This document shows, in pieces, positions 49,591-59,178 of a DNA stretch of 64,000 nt. Positions within the stretch are counted from its first letter, which is position 1. Each line of letters starts with the position of its first letter. The notes beneath the pieces were generated by a model, which saw only the letters and a program-made list of their open reading frames with translations, did not search any database and was not told the DNA's origin. This stretch comes from an uncultured Halobacteriales archaeon (GTDB lineage Archaea > Halobacteriota > Halobacteria > Halobacteriales > Halalkalicoccaceae), in NCBI GenBank assembly GCA_964454105.1, contig CAYVQH010000001.1:6410-70409 (forward strand), in the 5' to 3' direction. A program made the position numbers and the translations under genes.

Positions 49591-51156
49591 TCATTCGAGA
49601 TACCCGAGATCCCGGAGACGGTCGCGCATCTCGTTGTCAGCCCCCGCCAGGGCGTCCTCCCCACCGACCGTCTCCTCCGAGTCAGCCCATTCACCGCCGA
49701 CCTCCCCTTCGAACAGCGATAGTGCCCGTTCGGCATCGGCGACCCGCTCGTCCTCGGCCGGATCGAGGGGTGAGCGTTCCTCGGGATCGACGTCGAGTCG
49801 ATACCCCTCGTCCGGGATCCGGTCGGCGCGAACGTACTTCGCTTCGGAACTGCGCGACGCACGCATTCGCGAGTACGCGCGATGGTCTGGCGGGAGGTCG
49901 ATCCCCGCCTCCGTCGCCTTCTCCTCGAGATGGTGTAGTTCGATGACGGGGCGGGCGTACTCGACGAACGCGTAGTCGTCCGTCCCGTCCTGGGCGGCGG
50001 CGAGCGCGCGCTGTCCGGGGTCGGAGCCGTCTTCGAACTCTCGGTAGGTTCCCGAGAGCATCGACCGTGCGGGATCACGCGCGACTACGTCCCGGCCGTC
50101 GGCGAGGTTCACCGCCGTGGGATCCACTTCGAGGGCGTCGAGCGTCGTGTGATAGAGGTCGAGCAACTCGACGAGACCCCCGTGTCGTTCCGGTTCGAGC
50201 GAGGGGTGTTTCACCAGCAGCGGAACGTTGATCAGTTCGTCGTAGAGGGCGAACTCGTGGCCGTAGAGGTCGTGTTCGCCGAGCAACTCCCCGTGATCGG
50301 AACAGACGACGACGGTCGTCTCCTCCCATCGGTCGGTCTCGCGTAGCCAGTCGAACAGCCGCCCGAGCTGTGCGTCCATGTGGGCGATCTCGGCGTCGTA
50401 GAGGTGGCCGATGTCTTGCCACTCCGCCTCGTCGATGTCGCGGGCACCCGAGTTGAACTCCTTGGAGTTCTGGCAGACCGAGGAAGGATCGACGTCCGGA
50501 GCGAACCGTTGGCGCTGCTCCTCGGGCGGGTAGTACGGCAGATGTGCGTCCATCAGGTTGACGAAGGCGAACCAGCCCTGCTCGCTCTCGCTGCCCTCGA
50601 TGAACGCCTTCGTCCGGTCGATGACGGCCGGCGTCTTCGAATCCGCGCCCTCGCCGCTCGCGAGGTGGGCGTGGGCCTTGGCTCCGACCCGGACGACCCG
50701 GGAGGCCAGTTCGCGCAGACGGTCGTTGTCGTTGACCAACTGCCATGCCTCCGCGAGCGGTCCCGAGAGCAGATCGCCGGGCATGACCTCGAAAAAGGAG
50801 TCGTGATCGTCGAATCCGCGGACGAGCTTCGTGTACGGCGATATCCATGCATTCGAGGAGTAACACGCCGTGTCGTAGCCCGCCGCCGAGAGGACCGACG
50901 CCAGCGTGGTGCTCTCGCCGAGGTAGGGGCTGCCCTGATCGGCGCCGTGCTGGCTCGGGTAGAGACCGGTGAACATCGACGCGTGGACGGGCAGCGTCCA
51001 CGGGGCCTGGGCGACCGCCGAGTCGAACACGGCCGCCTCTTCGGCCAACGAGGCTAGCGTGGGTGTGGTCGAACGGTCGTACCCGTACGGCGACAGGTGG
51101 TCCTTTCGAACCGTGTCCAACACGACGAAAAGGACGTTCGACGGACTCGATTCCAT
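49591..51156 (-). CDS. Sulfatase-like hydrolase/transferase (Thr at the nucleophile position)
   Basis: LDTVRKDH, APWTLPVHASMFTG, MDAHLPY, YDAEI, SDHGE, GH, VPL. Confidence 0.9.
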   Translation of the reverse strand: MESSPSNVLFVVLDTVRKDHLSPYGYDRSTTPTLASLAEEAAVFDSAVAQAPWTLPVHASMFTGLYPSQHGADQGSPYLGESTTLASVLSAAGYDTACYSSNAWISPYTKLVRGFDDHDSFFEVMPGDLLSGPLAEAWQLVNDNDRLRELASRVVRVGAKAHAHLASGEGADSKTPAVIDRTKAFIEGSESEQGWFAFVNLMDAHLPYYPPEEQRQRFAPDVDPSSVCQNSKEFNSGARDIDEAEWQDIGHLYDAEIAHMDAQLGRLFDWLRETDRWEETTVVVCSDHGELLGEHDLYGHEFALYDELINVPLLVKHPSLEPERHGGLVELLDLYHTTLDALEVDPTAVNLADGRDVVARDPARSMLSGTYREFEDGSDPGQRALAAAQDGTDDYAFVEYARPVIELHHLEEKATEAGIDLPPDHRAYSRMRASRSSEAKYVRADRIPDEGYRLDVDPEERSPLDPAEDERVADAERALSLFEGEVGGEWADSEETVGGEDALAGADNEMRDRLRDLGYLE

Positions 51157-51266
51157 TCTTCGCGGTATTCGTTCGTACGCACGCATAAATCGATCGAAGC
51201 GTGACAATTGGACCGGCGACTATCAAGGGGCAGACGTTTCACCCTCGACTGAGTACCTCGACGCAT

Positions 51267-52286
51267 ATGGGCTCGCGAAACCGCCGCGCGTTTCTGATCG
51301 GGATCTCAGGAGCCGTCGCCGTCTTTGCCGTGCTGTTCTTTCTCGTCGGCGGTCAACAGATCATCACGTCCCTCGCCACGGCCGATCCGATCTACATCGG
51401 CATGACCTTCGGTCTCGGGCTCTGTTGGCTCATGGCCTGGAGTCTCATGCTCCGAACCGTTCTCGGCACCCTAGGCGTGGACATTCCGGCCGGCAAGTCC
51501 TTTCTCGTCTACGCCGGTGCGGTCTTCGCGAACAACGTCACGCCCTTCGGCCAGGCCGGCGGTGAGCCGATCTCGGCGCTGCTCATCTCGAAGGTCTCGG
51601 ACGCGCGCTACGAGACCGGGCTGGTGGGAATCGCGAGCGTCGACGTGCTCAACGTCGTCTCGTCGGTCTCGCTCGTCTTGATCAGCGTCGGCTACTACGC
51701 GACCAACTTCGCCATCGGCGAGCGTCTCGTCACCGCGGTCGGGTCGGCGCTCGTGTTGACGATCGGGATCGGCAGCCTCATGCTCGTCGCCTGGCGGTAT
51801 CGATACGCGCTGATCGATCGGATCTCGGGCACGGTCGCGTCCGGACTTGCCCGTCTCAGGCCGAACCGATTCGATCACGACGCCGTCGAGGACGACATCA
51901 CGGAACGAACCGACAACTTCTTCGATCACATCGAGCGCATGGCGATGAACCGTCGCCGCCTGGCGATCGTACTGGGGCTGTCGCTTTCGGGCTGGCTCCT
52001 CCAGGGTGCGGCACTGCTCGCGGCGTTCACCGCGCTGGGCCACAGCGTCCCTGTGTCGATCGTCCTGTTCGCCATTCCGCTCGGGAACCTCGCGGGGGCG
52101 GCCCCGCTTCCGGGCGGACTCGGTGGCATCGAAGCCGCGTTCGTCGCGCTTCTCGTGCCGACGACGGGAATCGCCGCCCCCGCCGTCACCGCGGCCGTCC
52201 TGATCCACCGCGGGGCGATCTACTGGATGCCGGTTCTGATCGGCGGCGGATCGGCCACGGCCTTCGGCGTTCGGTCGGTGAGTTGA
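51267..52286 (+). CDS. Lysylphosphatidylglycerol-synthase TM domain / flippase-like protein (YbhN/LafC/AglD-TM family)
   Basis: FANNVTPFGQAGGEP, PLPGGLGGIE, LIHR motifs; about 8 TM. Confidence 0.9.
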   Translation: MGSRNRRAFLIGISGAVAVFAVLFFLVGGQQIITSLATADPIYIGMTFGLGLCWLMAWSLMLRTVLGTLGVDIPAGKSFLVYAGAVFANNVTPFGQAGGEPISALLISKVSDARYETGLVGIASVDVLNVVSSVSLVLISVGYYATNFAIGERLVTAVGSALVLTIGIGSLMLVAWRYRYALIDRISGTVASGLARLRPNRFDHDAVEDDITERTDNFFDHIERMAMNRRRLAIVLGLSLSGWLLQGAALLAAFTALGHSVPVSIVLFAIPLGNLAGAAPLPGGLGGIEAAFVALLVPTTGIAAPAVTAAVLIHRGAIYWMPVLIGGGSATAFGVRSVS

Positions 52287-52348
52287 ACGGCCATGGTTCG
52301 GGATCGGCTAGCAACGTTTAACTTCGGTACCGGACAACCGTCGGGGTG

Positions 52349-52891
52349 ATGTACCCCCTGCAACTCGAGCGGATACCGCCGTGGCTCGAGTCGATGTTCT
52401 CCTCGGAGCTCGCGTTCGCGGTGCTGTTGGGCATCGCCATCCTTGAGGGCGCGATGCTTCTTCGGTTCATGCCGAGCGAACTCGTCGTTCCGAGCGCGCT
52501 GTTGCTCATCGGATCGTCGCTATCCGTCGTCATCGCGATCATCGCCATCACGGTCGTCGGAACGACCGTCGGCCAACTCATCCTGTTCACCCTCGTCCGT
52601 CGTGGCGGTCGGGAGTACGTCATCCAGAAGCGCTGGTTCCCGGTCGACGAATCGAGGCTTAGCCGGATCGACGGTTGGTTCGACCACTGGGGTGCCGTTG
52701 CGGTCCCGGTCAGCAACACGATGTTGTTCGTGCGTGGACTGCTTACGGTTCCTGCCGGGCTCTCAGATATGGATCGGCGGACGTTCGTCGTCCTCTCGGC
52801 GCTCGGGTCGCTGTCGTTTCAGTCGATCCTTGCCGCGCTGTATCTCCTCGTCGATTACCAGTTCGTCCTCGATAACTACCTGCTCATCTGA
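52349..52891 (+). CDS. DedA family membrane protein
   Basis: ILEGA..MPSE, WFDHWG, FVRGLLTVPAG, F motifs. Confidence 0.88.
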   Translation: MYPLQLERIPPWLESMFSSELAFAVLLGIAILEGAMLLRFMPSELVVPSALLLIGSSLSVVIAIIAITVVGTTVGQLILFTLVRRGGREYVIQKRWFPVDESRLSRIDGWFDHWGAVAVPVSNTMLFVRGLLTVPAGLSDMDRRTFVVLSALGSLSFQSILAALYLLVDYQFVLDNYLLI

Positions 52892-52963
52892 TCGGCCGCG
52901 AGGAGTCCAACCGTTCGACCGGTCACGGCTCGATACGAAGCACCGATCATCTAGAACGTCCGA

Positions 52964-54418
52964 CTACTCGTTCGAATCGCGCCGGTAGACGGGCAACCGA
53001 GCCCCGATTCCCGCATCACGAAGGCGCCAGCCGAGTTCAAGTGCGAACCAGACCAGTCCGGTCAGGACCGCGATGCCGATGGCGGCGAACTGTGAATCGC
53101 CCATCCACACCGGACTGATGAAGAGGATGGCGTTGTGGATCCGGTGGGGAATGAACGACACGAGGAAGGCGGCGACTCCGCCGAACGTCCCGATGAGCGC
53201 GCCGATCGGATCGAAACCACTCCCGCCCTCGTTTCCGGCGCTCGCCCCGCCCTCACCCCCGCTTGCATCACTGGGGGTTCTGGATTCAAGGCCGAGTTCC
53301 TGTGCGCTCGTCCCGTTGGCGCTTTCCTCGCCGGTCTCCAGTCGCTCGGCCTCGTAGGGCATCGTCGATCCGACCTCCCAGACGATCTCACCCTCGGCGT
53401 TCACCTCCATGACGCGGTTCCCGTGGCTGTCGGTGAGCAGGGTGTTGCCGTCGGGAAGTCGGTCGGCGTCGCGGGGCCACTGCATCTGCTCGTCGGACCA
53501 CTCCCACGTCTGGACCCACTCGCCGTCCTCCCGCTGGAACTCCTCGACGTTGCCGTTCTCAGAGTCGGCAACGACGATCGCGGGACCGCCGTTCTCCTCG
53601 GGGATGTAGTCGGGGTTGTGCTGTTGATACAGCGGATCGGTATCGTCCTGGGTTCCGAGGGTCCAGTCCTCTTGGAGACCCTCCTCGGGATCGATGAAGA
53701 CGACCTGGTTCTGGTTGCGCATGCTGACCATGATGTTGCCGTCCATCTCGTCGCCCTCGCTCTCGATGTACTCGACGTCGTTGATGTGCGCCCAGTCACC
53801 GGGGAACGGTCCGCCCTCCTCGATCGGGTAGTCCGCTTGGGCGTCCCACATCCACTCGACGAGCTCGGTCTCGGTGTTGACAATGAACACCTGATCCGCG
53901 ACCATGTCGGCGACGACGAAGCGGTTCTCGCCGATCCGGTCGGCGTCGTGCCATTCGGCGGCGGTCTCGGTGTAGTCGTAGCGCTCGTAGAGGACCTCGG
54001 TCTCGCCCGTCTCGAGGTCCGTGCGTTCGATGACGTTTCGCGCACACGGCGGCGAGCCACAGGTCGGTCCCTCGGTGTGGATGGTGTCGGTCGCCACGTA
54101 TTCGACTGTCAGCGGATCGCCCTCCACCGGATCGACGTCGAAATACTTCGTCCGTTCGTTCTCGTAGTACAGGACGCTCCCGTCGGGTTCATAGGCGGTG
54201 ATCGTTCCGGCTCGCCCCGACTCGGTGATCACCGTGTGGCCGTCGGTCGCCGGCGCACGCGGGACGTCCTCCTCGGTCGCCGTCGAAAGGCCGTCACCGG
54301 TTGCGCCGCTGACGAGGACGGCCCCACAGAGGGCAACGATCACCACGAATGCGATCCGGAGTCGGTTGCGCGTAACGATCGTCCGTTCTCCTTCCTGTGA
54401 CGGGTCCGACGCTCCCAT
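52964..54418 (-). CDS. Arylsulfotransferase (ASST) family protein, membrane-anchored
   Basis: N-terminal signal/TM, WHDAD, DWAHINDV, SMRN, QHNPD, WPRDAD beta-propeller, C-terminal TMs. Confidence 0.85.
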   Translation of the reverse strand: MGASDPSQEGERTIVTRNRLRIAFVVIVALCGAVLVSGATGDGLSTATEEDVPRAPATDGHTVITESGRAGTITAYEPDGSVLYYENERTKYFDVDPVEGDPLTVEYVATDTIHTEGPTCGSPPCARNVIERTDLETGETEVLYERYDYTETAAEWHDADRIGENRFVVADMVADQVFIVNTETELVEWMWDAQADYPIEEGGPFPGDWAHINDVEYIESEGDEMDGNIMVSMRNQNQVVFIDPEEGLQEDWTLGTQDDTDPLYQQHNPDYIPEENGGPAIVVADSENGNVEEFQREDGEWVQTWEWSDEQMQWPRDADRLPDGNTLLTDSHGNRVMEVNAEGEIVWEVGSTMPYEAERLETGEESANGTSAQELGLESRTPSDASGGEGGASAGNEGGSGFDPIGALIGTFGGVAAFLVSFIPHRIHNAILFISPVWMGDSQFAAIGIAVLTGLVWFALELGWRLRDAGIGARLPVYRRDSNE

Positions 54419-54567
54419 CACGGTTCACCTAGACCCCTGTTCACCGTCTCCGTTCGCCGCAATACCATACCCCGGTCTTTCGAAGTTAGTGTAATAGTAC
54501 TTTCTTCTCCATACGCTTTCGTCGGCGACGTCTCACCCGTGAGATCGCCGCTCATTCGGTTCCCGTC

Positions 54568-54993
54568 TCACTCGTCGTCTAGTTCGTATCCCATCTCTAG
54601 GAGTTCCTCGACGACGTCCTGCCGGTTCCGGAGCGCAGCACGATACACTGCCTCGCGGACGTCGAACTTCGGAACGTCGCGCCCGAGGGCTCCTTCGATA
54701 TCACTGATGAGGTCGCGCTCCCCGTCGACGACCGTATCGTGAACGAAGAAGGTCAGCCGCTCCTCGCGTTCGAACTGAACGGACTTGTCCTGGATCGCCC
54801 GTCGGACGATATATGGCTGTGTCTCGTTCGACGGTTGCTCTTCGTCACGTTCGTCCCCGCCATCCGAGTCGGATGCCGTGTCCTGCCCCCGGCGCGTTGA
54901 CTCGGTTCCTGCCTCTTCCTCGCGCGCCTCCGTCTCTGTGTCGGCCTCCTCGCCCCACAGGTCGTCCCCCGATCCCGACTTCAGTCCGGTCAT
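54568..54993 (-). CDS. ParA-associated small acidic protein (candidate centromere-binding partner)
   Basis: ATGA overlap with the parA stop; MTGLKSGSGDDLW, acidic linker, C-terminal PYIVRR...LTFFV...KFDVREAVYRAAL. Confidence 0.8.
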   Translation of the reverse strand: MTGLKSGSGDDLWGEEADTETEAREEEAGTESTRRGQDTASDSDGGDERDEEQPSNETQPYIVRRAIQDKSVQFEREERLTFFVHDTVVDGERDLISDIEGALGRDVPKFDVREAVYRAALRNRQDVVEELLEMGYELDDE

Positions 54994-55886
54994 GCTCGGA
55001 CCTCCACGTCCGTCCGTTCGAGTTCGCCCGGCTTGGGTGGATTCGGCGCCTCGATCCCGCCTTCAGTTTCTAGATGCCGTGCTAGCCTGTCGAACTGCGC
55101 GAGGGTTTCGAGTTCGTAATCGCGGCGTCTGTCGCGGTGATCGCGCACGTACGTGAACGCGCTGCATTTCTCGCGCCAACACCCCTCCAGCAGCGACGTC
55201 CGGTCGCCGATGACGACGGGAACGTCGAACCCTTCCGCCTCGATCTCCTCGATGATCGCCGTCTGGTCGCGGGTCCCCTTCACGTGGTTTGGAATCGCGG
55301 CGAGCACGCCGATGTTGATCTCGAGTTGCTCTTGAAGGTTCATCACGAGGTCGTTGAGGCCGCTGACCGACGCCTGACCCTTGCCCGACGGTTCGAAGGG
55401 AAGGACGAGGTTCCGCGTCGCGTCGAGCGCGTTGTACAGGTGCGGCCCCGAACTCGCCGGCGGGTCGACCACGAGGACGTCGTATTGCTGGTGAATACCG
55501 GCCTCACGGAGGACTCGTTGTAGCTGCGTCCACATCGGGAACGACTCGCCGAAGTCCTTGCGCGCTTCCTGCTCCTTCCGAAGGGCTTCCCCGAGGTCCT
55601 CGAGTCGGTTGTGTTCGGGGATGATATCTACGCCCTCCTCCACCGTTTGAATCAGATCGCCGAACGGTCCCTGTCCACGGTTTACCAAGTGATGTACTAA
55701 CGTATCGACCCCGCTATCGGCCCGCTCGTGGTCGATATCGAACAGATGGCTCAAATCACCGTCCTGTGGATCGAGAGGAATCGCGAGCACGTCAAGTCCT
55801 GCACGGGCGTGCGCGACGGCCAGATTCGCCGTGAGGGTCGTCTTTCCGACGCCCCCTGCTTCGCTGTAGACCGCGTACGATAGCAT
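54990..55886 (-). CDS. parA: ParA family ATPase
   Basis: SEAGGVGKTT, LDPQ, DIIP, VDPP. Confidence 0.93.
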   Translation of the reverse strand: MLSYAVYSEAGGVGKTTLTANLAVAHARAGLDVLAIPLDPQDGDLSHLFDIDHERADSGVDTLVHHLVNRGQGPFGDLIQTVEEGVDIIPEHNRLEDLGEALRKEQEARKDFGESFPMWTQLQRVLREAGIHQQYDVLVVDPPASSGPHLYNALDATRNLVLPFEPSGKGQASVSGLNDLVMNLQEQLEINIGVLAAIPNHVKGTRDQTAIIEEIEAEGFDVPVVIGDRTSLLEGCWREKCSAFTYVRDHRDRRRDYELETLAQFDRLARHLETEGGIEAPNPPKPGELERTDVEVRA

Positions 55887-55974
55887 GTACTGCCGCTATG
55901 GATGGCATCCATCATAAGATTACGTCAGACGATTCAATTCGAACACGTGGTTACACTATCTGATTGCCACGTTC

Positions 55975-56039
55975 ATTTGTATCTACTATTTGAAACGCAC
56001 ATTTGAAACAATCGTTTGAAACACACATTTGCAGCTACT
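55975..56039 (-). repeat. Five 13-bp tandem repeats upstream of parA (candidate centromere/operator)
   Basis: Plus strand: atttgtatctact/atttgaaacgcac/atttgaaacaatc/gtttgaaacacac/atttgcagctact. Confidence 0.8.
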
Positions 56040-56195
56040 TATGAGAGAATGCAGATACGGAAAACGAATCGAACGACCCACGTATGCCTACGAACGGGTC
56101 GTTTCTCAGAAGCCAGTATGGGAGGACCATCGATGTGGACCGCACTCCGCGACAAACGCCTGAACCGACTAGCTTCCCTTGCTTGCGAATCTCCG

Positions 56196-56483
56196 TCAGT
56201 TCAAAACGCCGTCGTCGATGAGCTGCTCCTCCCATTCGCGTCGCGCTTCGATCTCCCGACGGCCACGAGCACTGAGTCGATAGATGTTCGTTCGTCGGTC
56301 TCTGGCCCCCTTCTCAACGAGGCCCTTGTCGACGAGCGTATCGAGGTTCGGATACAGCCGCCCGTGATGGACCTCCGTCTCATAGTACTCCTCGAGTTCC
56401 TCTTTGATCGCCAATCCGTGTGGTTCGTCCAAGCCGGCGATCGTGTATAACAGGTCACGTTGAAACCCCGTCAAGTCATTCAT
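56196..56483 (-). CDS. PadR family transcriptional regulator (haloarchaeal type)
   Basis: MNDLTGFQRDLL..PHGLAIK..HGRLYPNLDTLVDKGLVEK..DRRTNIY. Confidence 0.92.
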   Translation of the reverse strand: MNDLTGFQRDLLYTIAGLDEPHGLAIKEELEEYYETEVHHGRLYPNLDTLVDKGLVEKGARDRRTNIYRLSARGRREIEARREWEEQLIDDGVLN

Positions 56484-57026
56484 GTAACTGCTTATGCGTT
56501 CAGTCGTTGTCAAATTAAGGTGCTGTAAGATCAACTAGTGATTCAACGTGGGAAGCAAGCTAGTTTATGATTACATCATTGTATTACAGAATTAAATTAA
56601 AAAATTTCAAATGTGTTCTCAGTATGACTTGAAACGTCGACCCCCTTCATCGGGCGGCAATCCGCCGTGAACCGCGATGATACGATCGGCGAGTTGACCG
56701 GACTGAATTAGAATTCGTCGTTGATTCACTCTGTCGAGTCTCTTCTATCCGTTTGTCGATCGAAAGTCCGTTAAATTACACATTGTGTATCTATCATTTA
56801 TGGCAGTAGAATAGATTTCGTGGTCGACTGAAAGCGATGGACGAATCAACGACGGGCCGTCCTCCTTTTGGCTCGGTTGATCCCTGGATCGCGTCGAATG
56901 CATCGATCCCCATCGATGTCCGGTCTTTGAACGATCGAGCGACTGCACGTCCCATCTGTCGGCCGCCATTCTATTTTTCATCGTATATATCCGAATATTA
57001 ATTTCGTAGTAACTAAAATACAAATC

Positions 57027-58319
57027 ATGACAGGAGATGCGCGGCAGATCCTTCTGACCGTCTTCGTATGTCTGTCGGTCCTATTGGCCGGTTGTGCCGG
57101 CTGGGGGACCGCCAGTCCATCCGAGACCGAGGGCCAGACGCCACAGGAGAGCGGGGACCTCGAAGCAACGAGCGATGATGACACCCAGGACGCCGCTGCC
57201 GGGAACGGAACGCCCGTACCAGCGAACGATTCGACCGACCGATCCGAGGATGGCGGGAGTAACGATGACGGGAGTAGCGCCGATACTGCTACCGACGCGA
57301 GCGCTCCTGACGACGGCTCTCAGGACGGAAACGCCGACGTAACCACGGCCGGCACGACGACCGCGGACGAGGACGTGAGTGACGATTCCGAGACCGACAC
57401 GACGATCGATGTCGACGACGCTGGAACGGAGCCCGAACCGGACGAGACCGGGGACGATTCGACGTCTCCGGACGACGCGACGGACGACGGTGAGGAGACA
57501 AACAGCGGTGTCACGAACGAGACTTCCGAAACCGGTTCCGAGGGGTCCGTATCGGCCGACCCCACCGACTCCGAATCCAGTACTGACTCCGATTCCGATG
57601 GCGAGTCCGCCCCTGATTCTGATACCGATGCCGATGATGCGAACGGATCCGATTCCGACTCCGGAGCGGCGGACGAGTCGGCCCCCACTGAGACGGCTAC
57701 TGATGAGGAGCCCGAACGCGAAGTCCACAACCTGACCGTCACCGCGGGGGAGGCCTTTGCCGTGCCGAACGTCCCCGTGACGATCGAACGCGCCTCGGAC
57801 GGTGCGACGACCACGCGGGAAACGAACGCCGACGGCGTCGTGACGTTCACCGTCTACGACGATGAGTACGTCGTTACCGGCACCGATCCGAACGGAAACG
57901 AGGCCGAGAGAACCGTCACTGTCGACGGGGAGGATCAACGAGTGCTGTTGGAGACGCTCGAACCCGAGTGGCCCGAGGAGACGACGCTCACCGTGACCGT
58001 TCTCGACTCGAACGGCGACCCCGTTGAGGGGGCGACCGTTGAGGGGATGGGCGACCGGCTCCCGGACGGTGTCGACGCGCTCGCAAGCGCCGAAACGAAC
58101 GCCGGGGGCGTCGCCGAACTCTCCGTCTGGAACGGGATGTCCTATCTGCTTGACGTCACGGTCGGCGAGACGTACGTGAGCGCCGGTGTCGTCGAAATCG
58201 ACGGCGAGACCGACGCCACGATCCGGCTCGACGAACCGACCGAGACCGAAGGCGAATCGGAAGCGAACGTGGAGACGGCGGACATGCAGGGCCCACCGTC
58301 CGTACCGGCGCTCGTTTAG
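57027..58319 (+). CDS. Lipoprotein with acidic linker and two Ig-like (carboxypeptidase-regulatory-like) domains
   Basis: Lipobox LAGC; long D/E/S/T-rich region; TNADG/TNAGG and GDPVEGATV motifs. Confidence 0.85.
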   Translation: MTGDARQILLTVFVCLSVLLAGCAGWGTASPSETEGQTPQESGDLEATSDDDTQDAAAGNGTPVPANDSTDRSEDGGSNDDGSSADTATDASAPDDGSQDGNADVTTAGTTTADEDVSDDSETDTTIDVDDAGTEPEPDETGDDSTSPDDATDDGEETNSGVTNETSETGSEGSVSADPTDSESSTDSDSDGESAPDSDTDADDANGSDSDSGAADESAPTETATDEEPEREVHNLTVTAGEAFAVPNVPVTIERASDGATTTRETNADGVVTFTVYDDEYVVTGTDPNGNEAERTVTVDGEDQRVLLETLEPEWPEETTLTVTVLDSNGDPVEGATVEGMGDRLPDGVDALASAETNAGGVAELSVWNGMSYLLDVTVGETYVSAGVVEIDGETDATIRLDEPTETEGESEANVETADMQGPPSVPALV

Positions 58320-58418
58320 GATCGGGCAGCGATCAAACGATGTCGATATCGGGCCCGTCGAGTCCCCTCGCTCGTCTCGACCGTGCTTTTTTTGATCGCA
58401 CCCGGCGTTGGATCGTCG

Positions 58419-59150
58419 ATGGAGGTTGCCATTCTCACCGTCGGCGACGAAGTGCTCGCGGGGGATACGACGAACACGAACGCGACGTGGCTCGCGGGTC
58501 GGTTGACCGAAAGCGGCGCGACGGTCGTCCGCATTCTCACCGTTCCGGACGACCGGGAACTCATCGCGGGGACCGTCCGCGAGTGGGCCGACGCATTCGA
58601 CGCGGTGATCGTGACGGGCGGGCTCGGTGGCACTCACGACGACGTCACCGCCGACGCGCTCGCCGACGCGTTCGACCGCGATCTCGTCGTCGATGACGCC
58701 GTCCGCGAGGACGTCATCGAGACCGTGGCGGCCTACCGGGAGGAGAACCCCGACACGGTCGAGGCCCACGACGTCGACATCAACGCGGATGCGTGGGCGG
58801 CGCTTCCGTCGGGCAGTCGCGCCCTGATCAATTCCGGGGGTCTCTGTCCCGGCTGCGTGCTCGAGAACGTCTACGCGTTTCCGGGGGTCCCCTCCGAGAT
58901 GAAAGGCCTGTTCGAGCAGGTGGCCGCGGAGTTCGGCGGTGAGACGCTGTCACGAACCCTGTATACGCCACAGCCGGAGGGATCGATGCTCGACGCGCTT
59001 GCCGGCGTTCGGGAACGCTTCGACGTGGCGGTCGGCAGTTACCCCTCGACGTCGGAACGAAACCGCCTGAAAGTGACCGGCACGGATCCCGATGCCATCG
59101 AGGAGGCGGTCGCATGGCTGCGCGACCGGATCGACGTCACCGAGGAGTAA
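58419..59150 (+). CDS. CinA-like / molybdopterin-binding domain protein
   Basis: VGDEVLAG..NTNA, VPDD, TGGLGGTHDDVT, PGVPSEM. Confidence 0.9.
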   Translation: MEVAILTVGDEVLAGDTTNTNATWLAGRLTESGATVVRILTVPDDRELIAGTVREWADAFDAVIVTGGLGGTHDDVTADALADAFDRDLVVDDAVREDVIETVAAYREENPDTVEAHDVDINADAWAALPSGSRALINSGGLCPGCVLENVYAFPGVPSEMKGLFEQVAAEFGGETLSRTLYTPQPEGSMLDALAGVRERFDVAVGSYPSTSERNRLKVTGTDPDAIEEAVAWLRDRIDVTEE

Positions 59151-59178
59151 TCACGGTCTCGGCCGCCACCGTTTAGCG

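Noticed and set aside
56570-56612. Possible third 13-bp array (attaca/attaca/attaaa)
   Set aside because: Only 2-3 weak units inside a generally AT-rich promoter region
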